From positions 6,474 to 70,473 of the forward strand of contig JAIXTS010000109.1 in assembly GCA_027483805.1 (NCBI GenBank): 64,000 bases of DNA, in the 5' to 3' direction. The translations under genes and the position numbers were made by a program. The DNA comes from Azospirillum sp. (GTDB lineage Bacteria > Pseudomonadota > Alphaproteobacteria > Azospirillales > Azospirillaceae). Positions 38,172 to 47,795 of the stretch are shown here, piece by piece; within the stretch, counting starts at the first letter, position 1; each line of letters opens with the position of its first letter. The notes beneath the pieces were generated by a model that worked only from the letters and a program-made list of their open reading frames with translations, searched no databases and had not been told where the DNA came from.

Positions 38172-39290
38172 TTGTCACAGCCCATCACCTTCAGCCACGA
38201 TATCTTCACGTCCCAGACTGTGGGCGGCATCTCGCGCTATTTCTGCGAACTGGCGCTTGCCTTGTCCGACAGGGGCCGCCCGGTAGAGATCGTGGCGGGC
38301 CGGCACCGCAACCAGCATCTCAAGGCACTGGAAAGCGGCCGGGATGCCATCGATAAAGGATTGGTTCGGGGCCGTTATGAACTGCCGTCCCGGCTGCCGG
38401 CACAGTTGTTGCGCATCCGTAACGAAGCTTGGGCCACGGCCCGCACCCGCCCGGACGGCATTTTCCACCGCACCTACTATCCTTTGCTTGACCTGATGCC
38501 CGGCCGCCGGCCGCTGGTCACCACCGTGCATGACATGGTGTGGGAAATGTTCCCGGGCGAGGCCCGGTCCTTCGCCATCAACAGCCGGCTGAAGCGTAAG
38601 GCGGTGGACCGGGCGGACCTGATCATCGCTCCGACAGAGGCGACAAAGCGCGACCTCTGCCGCCTCTGGTCACTGCCGGCCAGCCAGGTCCATGTGGTCA
38701 ATCACGGGTTCACGGCCCCTGACCTGCCGCCGGACGATGGCCGGCATCTTCTGGACGGCCGCCCTTATATCCTGTTCGTAGGCCGGCGTGGCGGGTACAA
38801 GAATTTCACCTGTTTCCTCAACGGCTATGCACGCAGTGCCCTGCCATCGCGCGGCGTGCATCTGCTCTGTTTCGGTGGCGGCGATTTCGGGCCGGCGGAT
38901 CAGGTGCTGCTGGCCGAAACCGGCATGGCGGACCATGTCACCTGGATGGGTGGCGATGATGCCACCATGATGCGCGCCTATCGTGATGCCCTGTTGTTCT
39001 TTTACCCGTCGCGCTGTGAAGGGTTTGGGCTCCCCGTGTTGGAGGCCATGGCCGTGGGCTGCCCCGTCGCAATCGCACGGGAAGCCGAAGCGCTGGTGGA
39101 GGTTGCGGGCGATGCCGCCCTGACCTATGACGCCAGTGATATCGACGCCACGGTACATATGCTGAACAATCAGGTCGGTGATGGGGCTTTGCGGGCGACG
39201 CTGACCGGGCGTGGACGTGACCGTGTCGGGCATTTCGGCTGGGAACGCTGTGCGGCGGAAACGGCGTCGCTCTACGCCTTGCTGGCATGA
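38172..39290 (+). CDS. Glycosyltransferase family 4
   Basis: GGISRYF, TVHD, FVGRRGGYKNF, PSRCEGFGLPVLEAM; TTG start inferred. Confidence 0.9.
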   Translation: MSQPITFSHDIFTSQTVGGISRYFCELALALSDRGRPVEIVAGRHRNQHLKALESGRDAIDKGLVRGRYELPSRLPAQLLRIRNEAWATARTRPDGIFHRTYYPLLDLMPGRRPLVTTVHDMVWEMFPGEARSFAINSRLKRKAVDRADLIIAPTEATKRDLCRLWSLPASQVHVVNHGFTAPDLPPDDGRHLLDGRPYILFVGRRGGYKNFTCFLNGYARSALPSRGVHLLCFGGGDFGPADQVLLAETGMADHVTWMGGDDATMMRAYRDALLFFYPSRCEGFGLPVLEAMAVGCPVAIAREAEALVEVAGDAALTYDASDIDATVHMLNNQVGDGALRATLTGRGRDRVGHFGWERCAAETASLYALLA

Positions 39291-39372
39291 TGGACAGGCG
39301 GCTTCATTGATCGTAGGGTCGCGCCGGACAGACGACCGGCGTCATTCGAGGACCGGAGGGAAACAAGTGACG

Positions 39373-40245
39373 ATGCAGGCCCAGACCAGCCCCCACACCG
39401 CCGACGCGGATGTGATCTATATCGGCGACATCGTCACCTTTTTCCTGCGCCGCTGGACGGTGTTCCTGGCGGCGATCCTGCTGGCCGTGGCCGCGGCCAT
39501 GCTTTACCTGTTCCTGACCACACCGCTGTACAAGGCGTCGGCCACGGTGGGGCCGCCCACCTCCTCCAACAATGCATCCAAATCCGGCAGCCTTGCGGCC
39601 CTGCCCTTCGGCCTTGGCGCCGCCCTGGGCGATGGCGGCGGCTCCACCCTGCACAAGCAGTTCCTGCAGACGCTGAAATCCTATGACATCGCCGCGAAGC
39701 TGGCCGCCGACAAGGAAATCGGTCCGCGTCTGCTTGAACCCAAGGACGGGGAGGCGGTGACGGCAGGCAAGATTTCAGAGCGGCTGGAGGCGGTCATGGT
39801 GGTCAACAAGCTGCGTAATGCGCCGCTTGAAGACACGACCTTCACGGAAATCACCCTGCTGCATGCCGACCCGGCCTTCGCCCAGAAGGTCCTGAACCAT
39901 ATCTTCGCCCTGTCGGACACCATCATCCGCAAACAGGTGCGGGAATCGAAGACGGCCCAGCGCGAGGTGCTGCTGCGGTCCCTGGAACAGACCAGCAATT
40001 CCTATCAGCGTGACGCGCTGGTGAAGAACCTGCTGGAGGTCGAACATGAATTGATGACCAGCCAGACGGACGGGCCCTTCTCCTACCGCATCATCGAAAG
40101 CCTGCATACCGGTGACCGTCCCGCCTCACCCCGCCGGCTGCTGACCCTGGCCGGGGCGATGGTGGTGGGGACCCTGCTGGGTTTCATGGTCGTCTGCGTG
40201 ATGCTGTTCAACGCCTATCGGCGCAATCGGGGCCGGATCGTCTGA
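39373..40245 (+). CDS. Wzz-like polysaccharide co-polymerase / chain-length determinant
   Basis: Two terminal TM segments, PLYKASATV after TM1, SPRR before TM2, helical periplasmic region. Confidence 0.8.
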   Translation: MQAQTSPHTADADVIYIGDIVTFFLRRWTVFLAAILLAVAAAMLYLFLTTPLYKASATVGPPTSSNNASKSGSLAALPFGLGAALGDGGGSTLHKQFLQTLKSYDIAAKLAADKEIGPRLLEPKDGEAVTAGKISERLEAVMVVNKLRNAPLEDTTFTEITLLHADPAFAQKVLNHIFALSDTIIRKQVRESKTAQREVLLRSLEQTSNSYQRDALVKNLLEVEHELMTSQTDGPFSYRIIESLHTGDRPASPRRLLTLAGAMVVGTLLGFMVVCVMLFNAYRRNRGRIV

Positions 40246-40255
40246 TCGGCGGCCC

Positions 40256-41344
40256 TTACCGGCGCAGCCCTTCGGCCAGGGCCATCATCAGGGCACCCAC
40301 CCCCTTGGGGTCGTTGGGCACGACCGGTTCCGACAGATAATAAGCATAGCTGCCGTCGCGGTAGGGGGCGTTGCCCAGCCCCGCGACACCGCAGATGCCC
40401 CCCAGTTCCGTCTCTGACAGAAAGTCGCGGATGACGGTACGCAGCGCCGCCTCCCCCGCCCGCCCATGGTCGGCCGGCAGCAGGCCCAGCCGTGCGCCCA
40501 CCATCAGGGCATAGGCGATCATCAGGCTGGCGGAGGTCTCCTCATAGTTTCCCTCCTCTCCGCCGCGGTCCAGCACCTGCCACCACAGGCCCCGGGCGCT
40601 GCGCACGGCCATCAGGGCAATGGCTGTATCCTGAAACATCGCGATCAGGGCGGCCCGGCCCGGCCCGTCGAACGGCGCGGCCAATTCAATACAATCCACC
40701 ATCGCCATCATGAACCAGCCCATGGACCGCCCCCAGAAACAGGGCGAACAGCCGGTCACCGGGTCGGCCCAGCGTTGCTGCCGGCTTTCATCCCAGCCAT
40801 GGTAATAAAGACCGGTCCGGGGATCCCGCATCAGGTCGCGCACCTGGGTGAACTGCTGAACGACATCCTCCCAGGCGTCGCGGTCGCCTTCCGCCACCGC
40901 CTGGGCCGTGACCAGGGGCTGCGCCATGTACAGGCCATCCAGCCACACCTGCCACGGATAGATCTGCTTGTGCCAGTAATTGCCGGATTTTGTGCGCGGA
41001 TGGGTACGCAGCTGCGCGACCTGAGTCTCGATGGCCCGGCGGAACCGTTCCTCGCCGGTACGGTCATACAGCGGGAAAAAGACCTTGGCGGGCTTCACAT
41101 TGTCGATATTGTACTCACCCGGATCAAAGCCCTCGATGCCGCCTTCCTCATCAACCCGCGCGCCCACCTTGTCATGCACAAAGTCGGAGAATTCCGACCG
41201 GCCCGTGGCATCGGCCAGGTCCAGGCAGCCCTTGAAGACGCAGCCATCCTCGTAATTCCAGGTCGGTTTGAAAAAATCCCATTCCGACAGGTAATGGCGC
41301 AGGAACGGCAGGACCTGCGGTCCGAAACGGCGGAAATCATGCAT
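40256..41344 (-). CDS. Unsaturated rhamnogalacturonyl hydrolase, GH105 (YteR/YesR-like)
   Basis: WNYEDG, NIDNVK, YWHKQIYP…WLDGLYMAQP, YHGWDES, WGRSMGW, YEETSAS, NDPKGVG. Confidence 0.92.
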   Translation of the reverse strand: MHDFRRFGPQVLPFLRHYLSEWDFFKPTWNYEDGCVFKGCLDLADATGRSEFSDFVHDKVGARVDEEGGIEGFDPGEYNIDNVKPAKVFFPLYDRTGEERFRRAIETQVAQLRTHPRTKSGNYWHKQIYPWQVWLDGLYMAQPLVTAQAVAEGDRDAWEDVVQQFTQVRDLMRDPRTGLYYHGWDESRQQRWADPVTGCSPCFWGRSMGWFMMAMVDCIELAAPFDGPGRAALIAMFQDTAIALMAVRSARGLWWQVLDRGGEEGNYEETSASLMIAYALMVGARLGLLPADHGRAGEAALRTVIRDFLSETELGGICGVAGLGNAPYRDGSYAYYLSEPVVPNDPKGVGALMMALAEGLRR

Positions 41345-41442
41345 GATGGGTTGGGCACCAGGAACGGGTGAACCGGCGGCAATCGCTCTTTCTACTCGAA
41401 CCGGAAACCGGTGTCATCACTGCTGTCACGCTGAACCGGACA

Positions 41443-42723
41443 TCAGCGGATCACCCTTTGCAGGATACCGTTGATTTCCCGCTCCATGGCCAGCCCGGCC
41501 TCTTCAGGCGTCAGCATGCCATAGCCAAGTTTCTCCAATATGTCGTTGAAGCCATCGCGCACACGGGCATGTTCATAATATCCCGACAGGACGATGCCGC
41601 GCGGCAGGCTTTCGATCTGCTGCTGCCCTTCCAGGGCCAGACCCGTCAACTGCCCGTCATCCTCCAGGATGCGGCGGGCGGCGGCACTGGCGGGCACCCC
41701 GCGCCGCGCCCCCAGGATGCGCACGCCTTCCGGATCATTCAGCAGGAATTGCAGCAGCAGCGCCGCCTCCCGCGGATGCGCCGTATGGCGGTTGATGGCG
41801 TACATCATGGCGGGTTTATAAAGCAGCCCCGGATCCACGGCGCCGGGCAGCAGCGGATAGGGTGCAAGCACCATCTTCTGGCCCGGCTCCAGGGTCTCCA
41901 CATATTTCCCGACGGAGCTTGTCCATTGATAGATGCCGGCATAGCGACCCGTGATCCAGGGCCGTGTCTCCTGCAGCTGCACATGCCCGAAACTGGCCCG
42001 CTCCCGCGCCGACGGCACCACATGATTGTCGACCAGTTGCTGGTAAAGGGTCGCAGCCGCCACCAGCAGGTCGCGGCTGGGCACCAGGCGCTTGCCCTCC
42101 TCGTCGATGAAGGCCGTCTGGCTCTTCTGGCTGATCCAGCTATAGAGCAGGGCCACCGTGTCCTGGAAATTCATGTCCAGCGGGTAATGGTCGGATCCCA
42201 GCCGGTCGCGGAAGACCGGACCCGCCGCCATCAGCGTGTCCCAACTGTCGGGCACCGGCAGGCCCGCCTTGGCGAAGGTGGTCTGGTTGAACCAGAACAG
42301 CCGCGCCGTCATGTTAGGCGGCAGGCCGTTCAGCTTGCCGCGCACCGATGACATGGAAATGGCGTCCCGGTCAAACTGTGTCAGGTCGATGATATCGGCC
42401 ACCTGGTTCAGGTCCAGGAAACCTTTGCCGTCACGGGAAAACAGTTTCAGCCAGTTCCAGTTGACCGTCATCACATCAGGGGCGGTACCGCCCGCAATCT
42501 GGGTGGTCAACCGCTCCAGATGCCCGACCCAGCCCGTATACTCGGCCGTGACCTTGATATGGGGATACCGCGCCTCGAACGCCTCCAGCGCACGCAGATG
42601 GGCCCGATGCACATCATTGCCGCCCCACCAGGACATGCGCAGATGCACCTGGCCCCGCGCCGCGGCCATCGGCAGGGGCAAAAGCAGGCTGGCGGCCAGG
42701 AACAGCCGTCTGGCGATGATCAT
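41443..42723 (-). CDS. togB: Oligogalacturonide-binding ABC solute-binding protein, TogB-like
   Basis: LRMSWWGGN…KVTAEYTGW.GHL.RLTTQIAGGT.PDVM..NWNWL..FS.DG.GF closely matches my recollection of Yersinia TogB; N-terminal signal peptide. Confidence 0.8.
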   Translation of the reverse strand: MIIARRLFLAASLLLPLPMAAARGQVHLRMSWWGGNDVHRAHLRALEAFEARYPHIKVTAEYTGWVGHLERLTTQIAGGTAPDVMTVNWNWLKLFSRDGKGFLDLNQVADIIDLTQFDRDAISMSSVRGKLNGLPPNMTARLFWFNQTTFAKAGLPVPDSWDTLMAAGPVFRDRLGSDHYPLDMNFQDTVALLYSWISQKSQTAFIDEEGKRLVPSRDLLVAAATLYQQLVDNHVVPSARERASFGHVQLQETRPWITGRYAGIYQWTSSVGKYVETLEPGQKMVLAPYPLLPGAVDPGLLYKPAMMYAINRHTAHPREAALLLQFLLNDPEGVRILGARRGVPASAAARRILEDDGQLTGLALEGQQQIESLPRGIVLSGYYEHARVRDGFNDILEKLGYGMLTPEEAGLAMEREINGILQRVIR

Positions 42724-42829
42724 CGCAAAGCCCCTCCCTGCCGCCGTTTGTTCTTCCCCCTTTGGTAACCGATTTCCGCGCCTCGGAAAACCCGGTGCAG
42801 AGCTGTCGCGCCCCGGCACCGGGCGCCGG

Positions 42830-43726
42830 TCACGCCGTCTTGTACCGGCGGGCCAGCAGAGCGGCCAATTCGGCATGGATGGCGTTGCGGTCATCCGAAC
42901 TGGCCTTGTCATTCTGATAATAGCTGGTCAGCAGCAGCGGCCCGCCCGCTGGTGGCCACAGGATGGCAATGTCATTATTCATCGGGCCGTAGCTCCCCGT
43001 CTTGTCGCCGATGCGCCAGCCCGCGGGCAACCCGGCGCGCAGCCGCGTTCCGCCCGTGCGGTTATCGATCATCCAGCCGGTCAGACGTTTGCGCGACACG
43101 GGCGTCAGCACATCGCCGATCAGCAGCGCGCGCATCAGCCCCAGCATGGATAGCGGCGTGGTCGTATCCCGCTCCTCGCCAGCCGGCACGACATTCATGC
43201 CAGGCTCGATCCGGTCGACGCGTGTCACCTTGTCGCCGATGCGGCGCAGAAAATCCGTCAGCGCTTCCGGCCCGCCGCTTTCCCGCATCAGGATATTGGC
43301 CCCGGCATTGTCCGACTGGATGATGATGGCCTCGCACAGCGCCTCCACTTTCATCCCCTTGCCGGCATGCGGTTCCGTCAGGGGCGACCATTGCACCAGA
43401 TCGCTCTTCCCGAACATCACCATCCGGTCCAACCGCTCTGCTCCCGCATCGACACGGGACAGGATGAACCCGGCCAGCAGGAACTTGAACGTGCTGCACA
43501 GGGCAAACCGTTCCTCTCCACGCCAGTCGGCCCCGACCCCGGTGGCCAGATCCAGCAGTGCCACGCCCAGCCGCCCGCCCCGTGCCCGCTCCACGCCGCC
43601 AATAGCTGCCTTCATGTCACCCAGCGGCGTGGCGCTGCGGGCCACCGGCCCCGGCACGCCCAGGCCAATCCCGGCCAGTGCCCCGAAAAACGCCGTATTT
43701 CCAATTAATTGACGTCGTGTAAGCAT
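42830..43726 (-). CDS. bla: Class A serine beta-lactamase with twin-arginine-like signal
   Basis: CSTFK (SxxK), SDN, RIEPGMN (E166/N170), KTG; N-terminus MLTRRQLI. Confidence 0.95.
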   Translation of the reverse strand: MLTRRQLIGNTAFFGALAGIGLGVPGPVARSATPLGDMKAAIGGVERARGGRLGVALLDLATGVGADWRGEERFALCSTFKFLLAGFILSRVDAGAERLDRMVMFGKSDLVQWSPLTEPHAGKGMKVEALCEAIIIQSDNAGANILMRESGGPEALTDFLRRIGDKVTRVDRIEPGMNVVPAGEERDTTTPLSMLGLMRALLIGDVLTPVSRKRLTGWMIDNRTGGTRLRAGLPAGWRIGDKTGSYGPMNNDIAILWPPAGGPLLLTSYYQNDKASSDDRNAIHAELAALLARRYKTA

Positions 43727-43821
43727 GTCCGTCTCCGCTGTTGTCCCTTCACGCTAATCAAGCTGACGGCCCAGGACAAACTGTGATAAATCGGATGAAG
43801 CATTAGAAAATCTTGGCCATT

Positions 43822-44733
43822 ATGACCCGCCCGCATCTGCCCCTGAATGCCCTGCGCGCCTTTGAGGCGTCGGCCCGACACCTGTCCTTCACCAAGGCCG
43901 CCATTGAGCTGTGCGTGACCCAGGCCGCTGTCAGCCATCAGGTGAAGGGGCTGGAGGAACGTCTGGGCGCACAATTGTTCCGGCGCCTGCCGCGCGGTCT
44001 GGTCCTGACGGATGAGGGCATGGCCCTGCTCCCCGGTGTGCGCGACAGTTTCGACCAGATCGCGCGCCTGCTGCACCGGTTCGATGGCGGGCCGGTGACG
44101 GAACCTTTGTCAGTGGGCGTGGTCGGCACCTTTGCGGCCGGCTGGCTGCTGCCCCGTATCGATGCGTTCCTGGATGCGCACCCGTTTGTCGATCTGCGCC
44201 TGTCCACCAACAATAACCGTGTCGATATCCAGGGCGAGGGGCTGGACGCCGCCATCAAATTCGGGGATGGCGCCTGGCACGGGATGGAGGTGCAGCCGCT
44301 GCTGGAGGCCCCGATGTCGCCACTCTGCCTGCCATCCATGGCCAGCCGCCTGAAATCCCCGGCCGATCTGGCGGGGGAACGGCTGCTGCGATCCTATCGG
44401 TCGGATGAATGGCCGCGCTGGTTCGCCGCCGCCGACACCACCTGCCCGGCCCTGCGCGGTCCGATCTTCGACAGTTCCTGGATCATGGTGGAGGCGGCAT
44501 TGCAGGGCCATGGCGTGGCCCTGGCCCCCGTGATGATGTTCGCGAAAGAGCTGGCGGCGGGATGGCTGGTCCAACCCTTTGCCACCACCATCACGCTGGG
44601 CCGTTACTGGCTGGTCTGGCCCAAGTCACGGGTGCCGGGGCCGGCGCTGACGGCCTTTGCCGGCTGGCTGGCCGATCAAGGCGGGACCGCCATCACAGCC
44701 GCGCGGCGTGCCAGCGCAGATGATCTTCCATGA
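43822..44733 (+). CDS. ampR: AmpR-type LysR regulator, divergent from bla
   Basis: PLNALRAFEASARHLSFTKAAIELCVTQAAVSHQVK…; LLRSYRSDEW; FDSS. Confidence 0.93.
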   Translation: MTRPHLPLNALRAFEASARHLSFTKAAIELCVTQAAVSHQVKGLEERLGAQLFRRLPRGLVLTDEGMALLPGVRDSFDQIARLLHRFDGGPVTEPLSVGVVGTFAAGWLLPRIDAFLDAHPFVDLRLSTNNNRVDIQGEGLDAAIKFGDGAWHGMEVQPLLEAPMSPLCLPSMASRLKSPADLAGERLLRSYRSDEWPRWFAAADTTCPALRGPIFDSSWIMVEAALQGHGVALAPVMMFAKELAAGWLVQPFATTITLGRYWLVWPKSRVPGPALTAFAGWLADQGGTAITAARRASADDLP

Positions 44734-45529
44734 AGCTGGAGATGAAATAGTAGGAATGATCATAGCCTTCCTGCATCCGCAGGGTCAGCGCGATACCCGC
44801 CTTGGTACAGGCCTCGGCCAGCAATTGCGGGCGCAGCTGGTTGTCCAGAAACCCGTCCGCCATCCCCTGATCGACCAGCAGGTCGGGCAAGCGCGCCCCG
44901 TCCGTGATCAGCGCCACCGCATCATGACGGCGCCACAGGCTTTCATCCCCGCCCAGATAGGCGGGAAACGCCTTTTGTCCCCAGGGTACCTGTGAAGGCG
45001 CCACGATGGGCGCGAAGGCGGAAACGGATTTGAACCGGCCGGGATGGCGCAGCGCCACCGTCAGGGCGCCATGCCCGCCCATGGAATGGCCGGTGATGCC
45101 CTGGCGGTCCATATCGACGGGGAAGTTTGCGGCCACCAGGGCCGGCAGCTCTTCCGTCACATAGGTCCACATGCGGAAATGCGGCGCCCAGGGCGCCTGG
45201 GTGGCATCGACATAGAAACCCGCCCCCTGGCCTAAATCCCAACCGGCATCATCGGCCACACCCTCACCGCGCGGGCTGGTGTCGGGACAGATGATGATCA
45301 GGCCCAGTTCCGCCGCCCAGCGCCGGAACTCCCCCTTTTCCGTCACATTGGCATGGGTGCAGGTCAGGCCCGACAGGTACCAGACCACCGGGCATTTCAC
45401 CCCCTCGGCGGCCTGTGGCGGGACGAAGACGCTGAACACCATGGGTGTGCCGGTGGCCGTAGAGGCATGGCGATAAACGCCCTGCACCCCGCCATGGGAG
45501 CGGGTGGTGGAGACGGTTTCCAGGGTCAT
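44693..45529 (-). CDS. fghA: S-formylglutathione hydrolase
   Basis: LSGLTCT, DTSPRG, GQGAGFYVDAT, GHSMGG, YDHSYYFI. Confidence 0.96.
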   Translation of the reverse strand: MTLETVSTTRSHGGVQGVYRHASTATGTPMVFSVFVPPQAAEGVKCPVVWYLSGLTCTHANVTEKGEFRRWAAELGLIIICPDTSPRGEGVADDAGWDLGQGAGFYVDATQAPWAPHFRMWTYVTEELPALVAANFPVDMDRQGITGHSMGGHGALTVALRHPGRFKSVSAFAPIVAPSQVPWGQKAFPAYLGGDESLWRRHDAVALITDGARLPDLLVDQGMADGFLDNQLRPQLLAEACTKAGIALTLRMQEGYDHSYYFISSFMEDHLRWHAARL

Positions 45530-45532
45530 GGG

Positions 45533-46642
45533 TCAGAACACCACGACGCTGCGGATGCTTTCGCCCGCATGCATCAGATCAAAGCCCTTGTTGATCTCTT
45601 CCAGGGTCAGGACATGGGTGATCATCGGGTCGATCTCGATCTTTCCCTGCATATACCAGTCGACGATCTTCGGCACATCGGTGCGGCCCCGCGCCCCGCC
45701 AAAGGCCGATCCCTTCCAGACACGCCCCGTGACCAGCTGGAACGGACGCGTCGAAATCTCCTTGCCGGCTTCGGCCACGCCGATGACCACCGACACGCCC
45801 CAGCCACGGTGACAGGCTTCCAGCGCCTGACGCATCACCAGCGTATTGCCGGTGCAGTCGAACGTGTAATCGGCCCCGCCCTCGGTCAAGGCCACAAGAT
45901 GCTGGACGATATCGCCTTCGATCTTCTGCGGGTTGACGAAATGGGTCATGCCGAAACGCCGGCCCCATTCTTCCTTGCGGTCATTGATATCAACGCCGAT
46001 GATCTTGTCAGCACCCACCATGCGGGCCGCCTGGATGACGTTCAGGCCGATGCCGCCCAAACCGAAGATCACGACATTGGAACCGGGCTCCACCTTGGCC
46101 GTGTTGGTGACCGCCCCCACGCCCGTGGTGACGCCGCAGCCGATATAGCAGGACGATTGGAACGGCGCGTCGTCCCGGATCTTGGCCACCGCAATTTCCG
46201 GCAGGACCGTGAAGTTGGAGAAGGTGGAACAGCCCATATAATGATAGATCGGCTGCCCCTTGTAGCTGAAGCGTGTGGTGCCGTCGGGCATAAGCCCCTT
46301 ACCCTGTGTGGCGCGGATGGCGGTACACAGGTTGGTCTTGCGCGACAGGCAGCTTTTGCACTGCCGGCATTCCGGGGTGTAGAGCGGGATGACATGGTCC
46401 CCCGGCTTCAGGCTGGTGACCCCCGCCCCGACCTCCCGCACGATCCCGGCCCCTTCATGGCCCAGGATGGAGGGGAAAATGCCTTCGCTGTCGAACCCGT
46501 CCAGCGTATAGGCGTCGGTGTGGCAGATGCCCGTCGCCATGATCTCGATCAGCACCTCACCCGGCTTGGGCCCTTCCAGGTCCAGTTCGACAATCTCCAG
46601 CGGCTTCTTGGCCTCGAAAGCGACGGCGGCGCGGGTCTTCAT
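45533..46642 (-). CDS. frmA: S-(hydroxymethyl)glutathione dehydrogenase / class III alcohol dehydrogenase
   Basis: [21 protein letters not shown]…TNLC, GLGGIG, ACHRGWG, GSAFGG. Confidence 0.97.
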   Translation of the reverse strand: MKTRAAVAFEAKKPLEIVELDLEGPKPGEVLIEIMATGICHTDAYTLDGFDSEGIFPSILGHEGAGIVREVGAGVTSLKPGDHVIPLYTPECRQCKSCLSRKTNLCTAIRATQGKGLMPDGTTRFSYKGQPIYHYMGCSTFSNFTVLPEIAVAKIRDDAPFQSSCYIGCGVTTGVGAVTNTAKVEPGSNVVIFGLGGIGLNVIQAARMVGADKIIGVDINDRKEEWGRRFGMTHFVNPQKIEGDIVQHLVALTEGGADYTFDCTGNTLVMRQALEACHRGWGVSVVIGVAEAGKEISTRPFQLVTGRVWKGSAFGGARGRTDVPKIVDWYMQGKIEIDPMITHVLTLEEINKGFDLMHAGESIRSVVVF

Positions 46643-46784
46643 GGCGGTTCAGTTCCGGTCATTGGGTCGGAGAAAGGGTCTGTCCGCGCAGCGTGGCACG
46701 GACAGTATGCGGGCGACAATAGCTTGAAAGCCCCGGCAACGATCATGCATTTTGGCAAATGATTATTGCTGTGTGGGGACAATC

Positions 46785-47663
46785 ATGGGCTCCTGGGACG
46801 GGATCGACAGTTTCATTGCCGTCTGTGAGACGGAAAGCTTCTCCGCCGCCGCAACCCGTCTGGGCGTCTCCACCTCCCATATCAGCCGGGAGGTGGCGCG
46901 GCTGGAGGATCGGCTGCAGGTGCGCCTGCTCTACCGCACCACGCGGCGGGTCAGTGTCACCGTTGCCGGCCGCACCTTCCTGGAACGCTGCCGCCGGCTG
47001 GTGGAGGAACGGGAGGAGGCGTTTGCCACCGTCAGCGAAAGCGACGGCGCCCCGCGCGGCCATCTGCGGCTGACCTGTTCCATCGCCTATGGCGAACGGT
47101 TCATCGTGCCCCTGGTGAACCGTTTCCTGCTGACGCACCGGCAATTGTCGGTCAGCATCGATCTGACCAACCGGCTGGTCGATCTGGTGGGCGAAGGCTT
47201 TGATCTGGCCGTGCGTACCGGCACCAGCCTGGATGATAGCCGCCTGATCGCCGTGCGTCTGGCGTCGCGCCGCCGCTATCTCTGCGCGGCCCCCTCATAT
47301 CTGGAGCGGTTTGGCGCGCCGGTCAGCCTGGATGATCTGCCTCGTCACCAATGCCTGACGGGCACCGCCGACCTCTGGCATTTCGACGATCATGGTCGGC
47401 AGGTCGCCTTTCGACCCGTCGGCAGTTGGCGCTGCAACAGCGGCTTTGCCGTGCTGGACGCCGCACGCCAGGGGCTGGGCCTTTGCCAACTCCCTGATTT
47501 CTATGTCGAAACGGACCTGGCCACCGGCACTCTGGTCAGCCTGCTGGACCCGCATCGCCCGCCCGATGAAGGCATCTGGGCTGTCTACCCCCACCGCCGT
47601 CACCTGTCGCCCAAAGTGTCGTTGCTGGTGGACTATCTGAAATCCCATGTCGGGCGGTTATAG
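46785..47663 (+). CDS. LysR-family regulator, divergent from frmA-fghA
   Basis: FIAVCETESFSAAA..LG.STSHISREV.RLE.RL…LL.RTTR.V..T. Confidence 0.92.
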   Translation: MGSWDGIDSFIAVCETESFSAAATRLGVSTSHISREVARLEDRLQVRLLYRTTRRVSVTVAGRTFLERCRRLVEEREEAFATVSESDGAPRGHLRLTCSIAYGERFIVPLVNRFLLTHRQLSVSIDLTNRLVDLVGEGFDLAVRTGTSLDDSRLIAVRLASRRRYLCAAPSYLERFGAPVSLDDLPRHQCLTGTADLWHFDDHGRQVAFRPVGSWRCNSGFAVLDAARQGLGLCQLPDFYVETDLATGTLVSLLDPHRPPDEGIWAVYPHRRHLSPKVSLLVDYLKSHVGRL

Positions 47664-47671
47664 GGCAATGG

Positions 47672-47699
47672 CGTTTCGCCGTCCGAACAGGCGAAACGC
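47672..47699 (+). terminator. Hairpin after the LysR gene
   Basis: Arms GCGTTTCGCC / GGCGAAACGC (10 bp); weak T-tail. Confidence 0.5.
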
Positions 47700-47795
47700 A
47701 GCTAATTAACCTGCATATCGACAGATCGCCGCCTTCCGTTCGGCGCCACCGGCCGGCACCATCCCCTTAACAGTTTTCAGGAAACGGGGAGCAAT

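Noticed and set aside
42724-42829. FadR/ExuR box upstream of togB (TTTGGTAACCGATTT)
   Set aside because: Spacing and right arm do not fit TTGGT-N3-ACCAA; too weak to call.
42830-43726. KPC/SME-like carbapenemase
   Set aside because: Cys69 is present, but the sequence after KTG is SYG, lacking the Cys238 partner of the class A carbapenemase disulfide.
44693-47663. Formaldehyde detoxification module as a novelty
   Set aside because: frmA-fghA with a divergent LysR regulator is a common, well-described arrangement.
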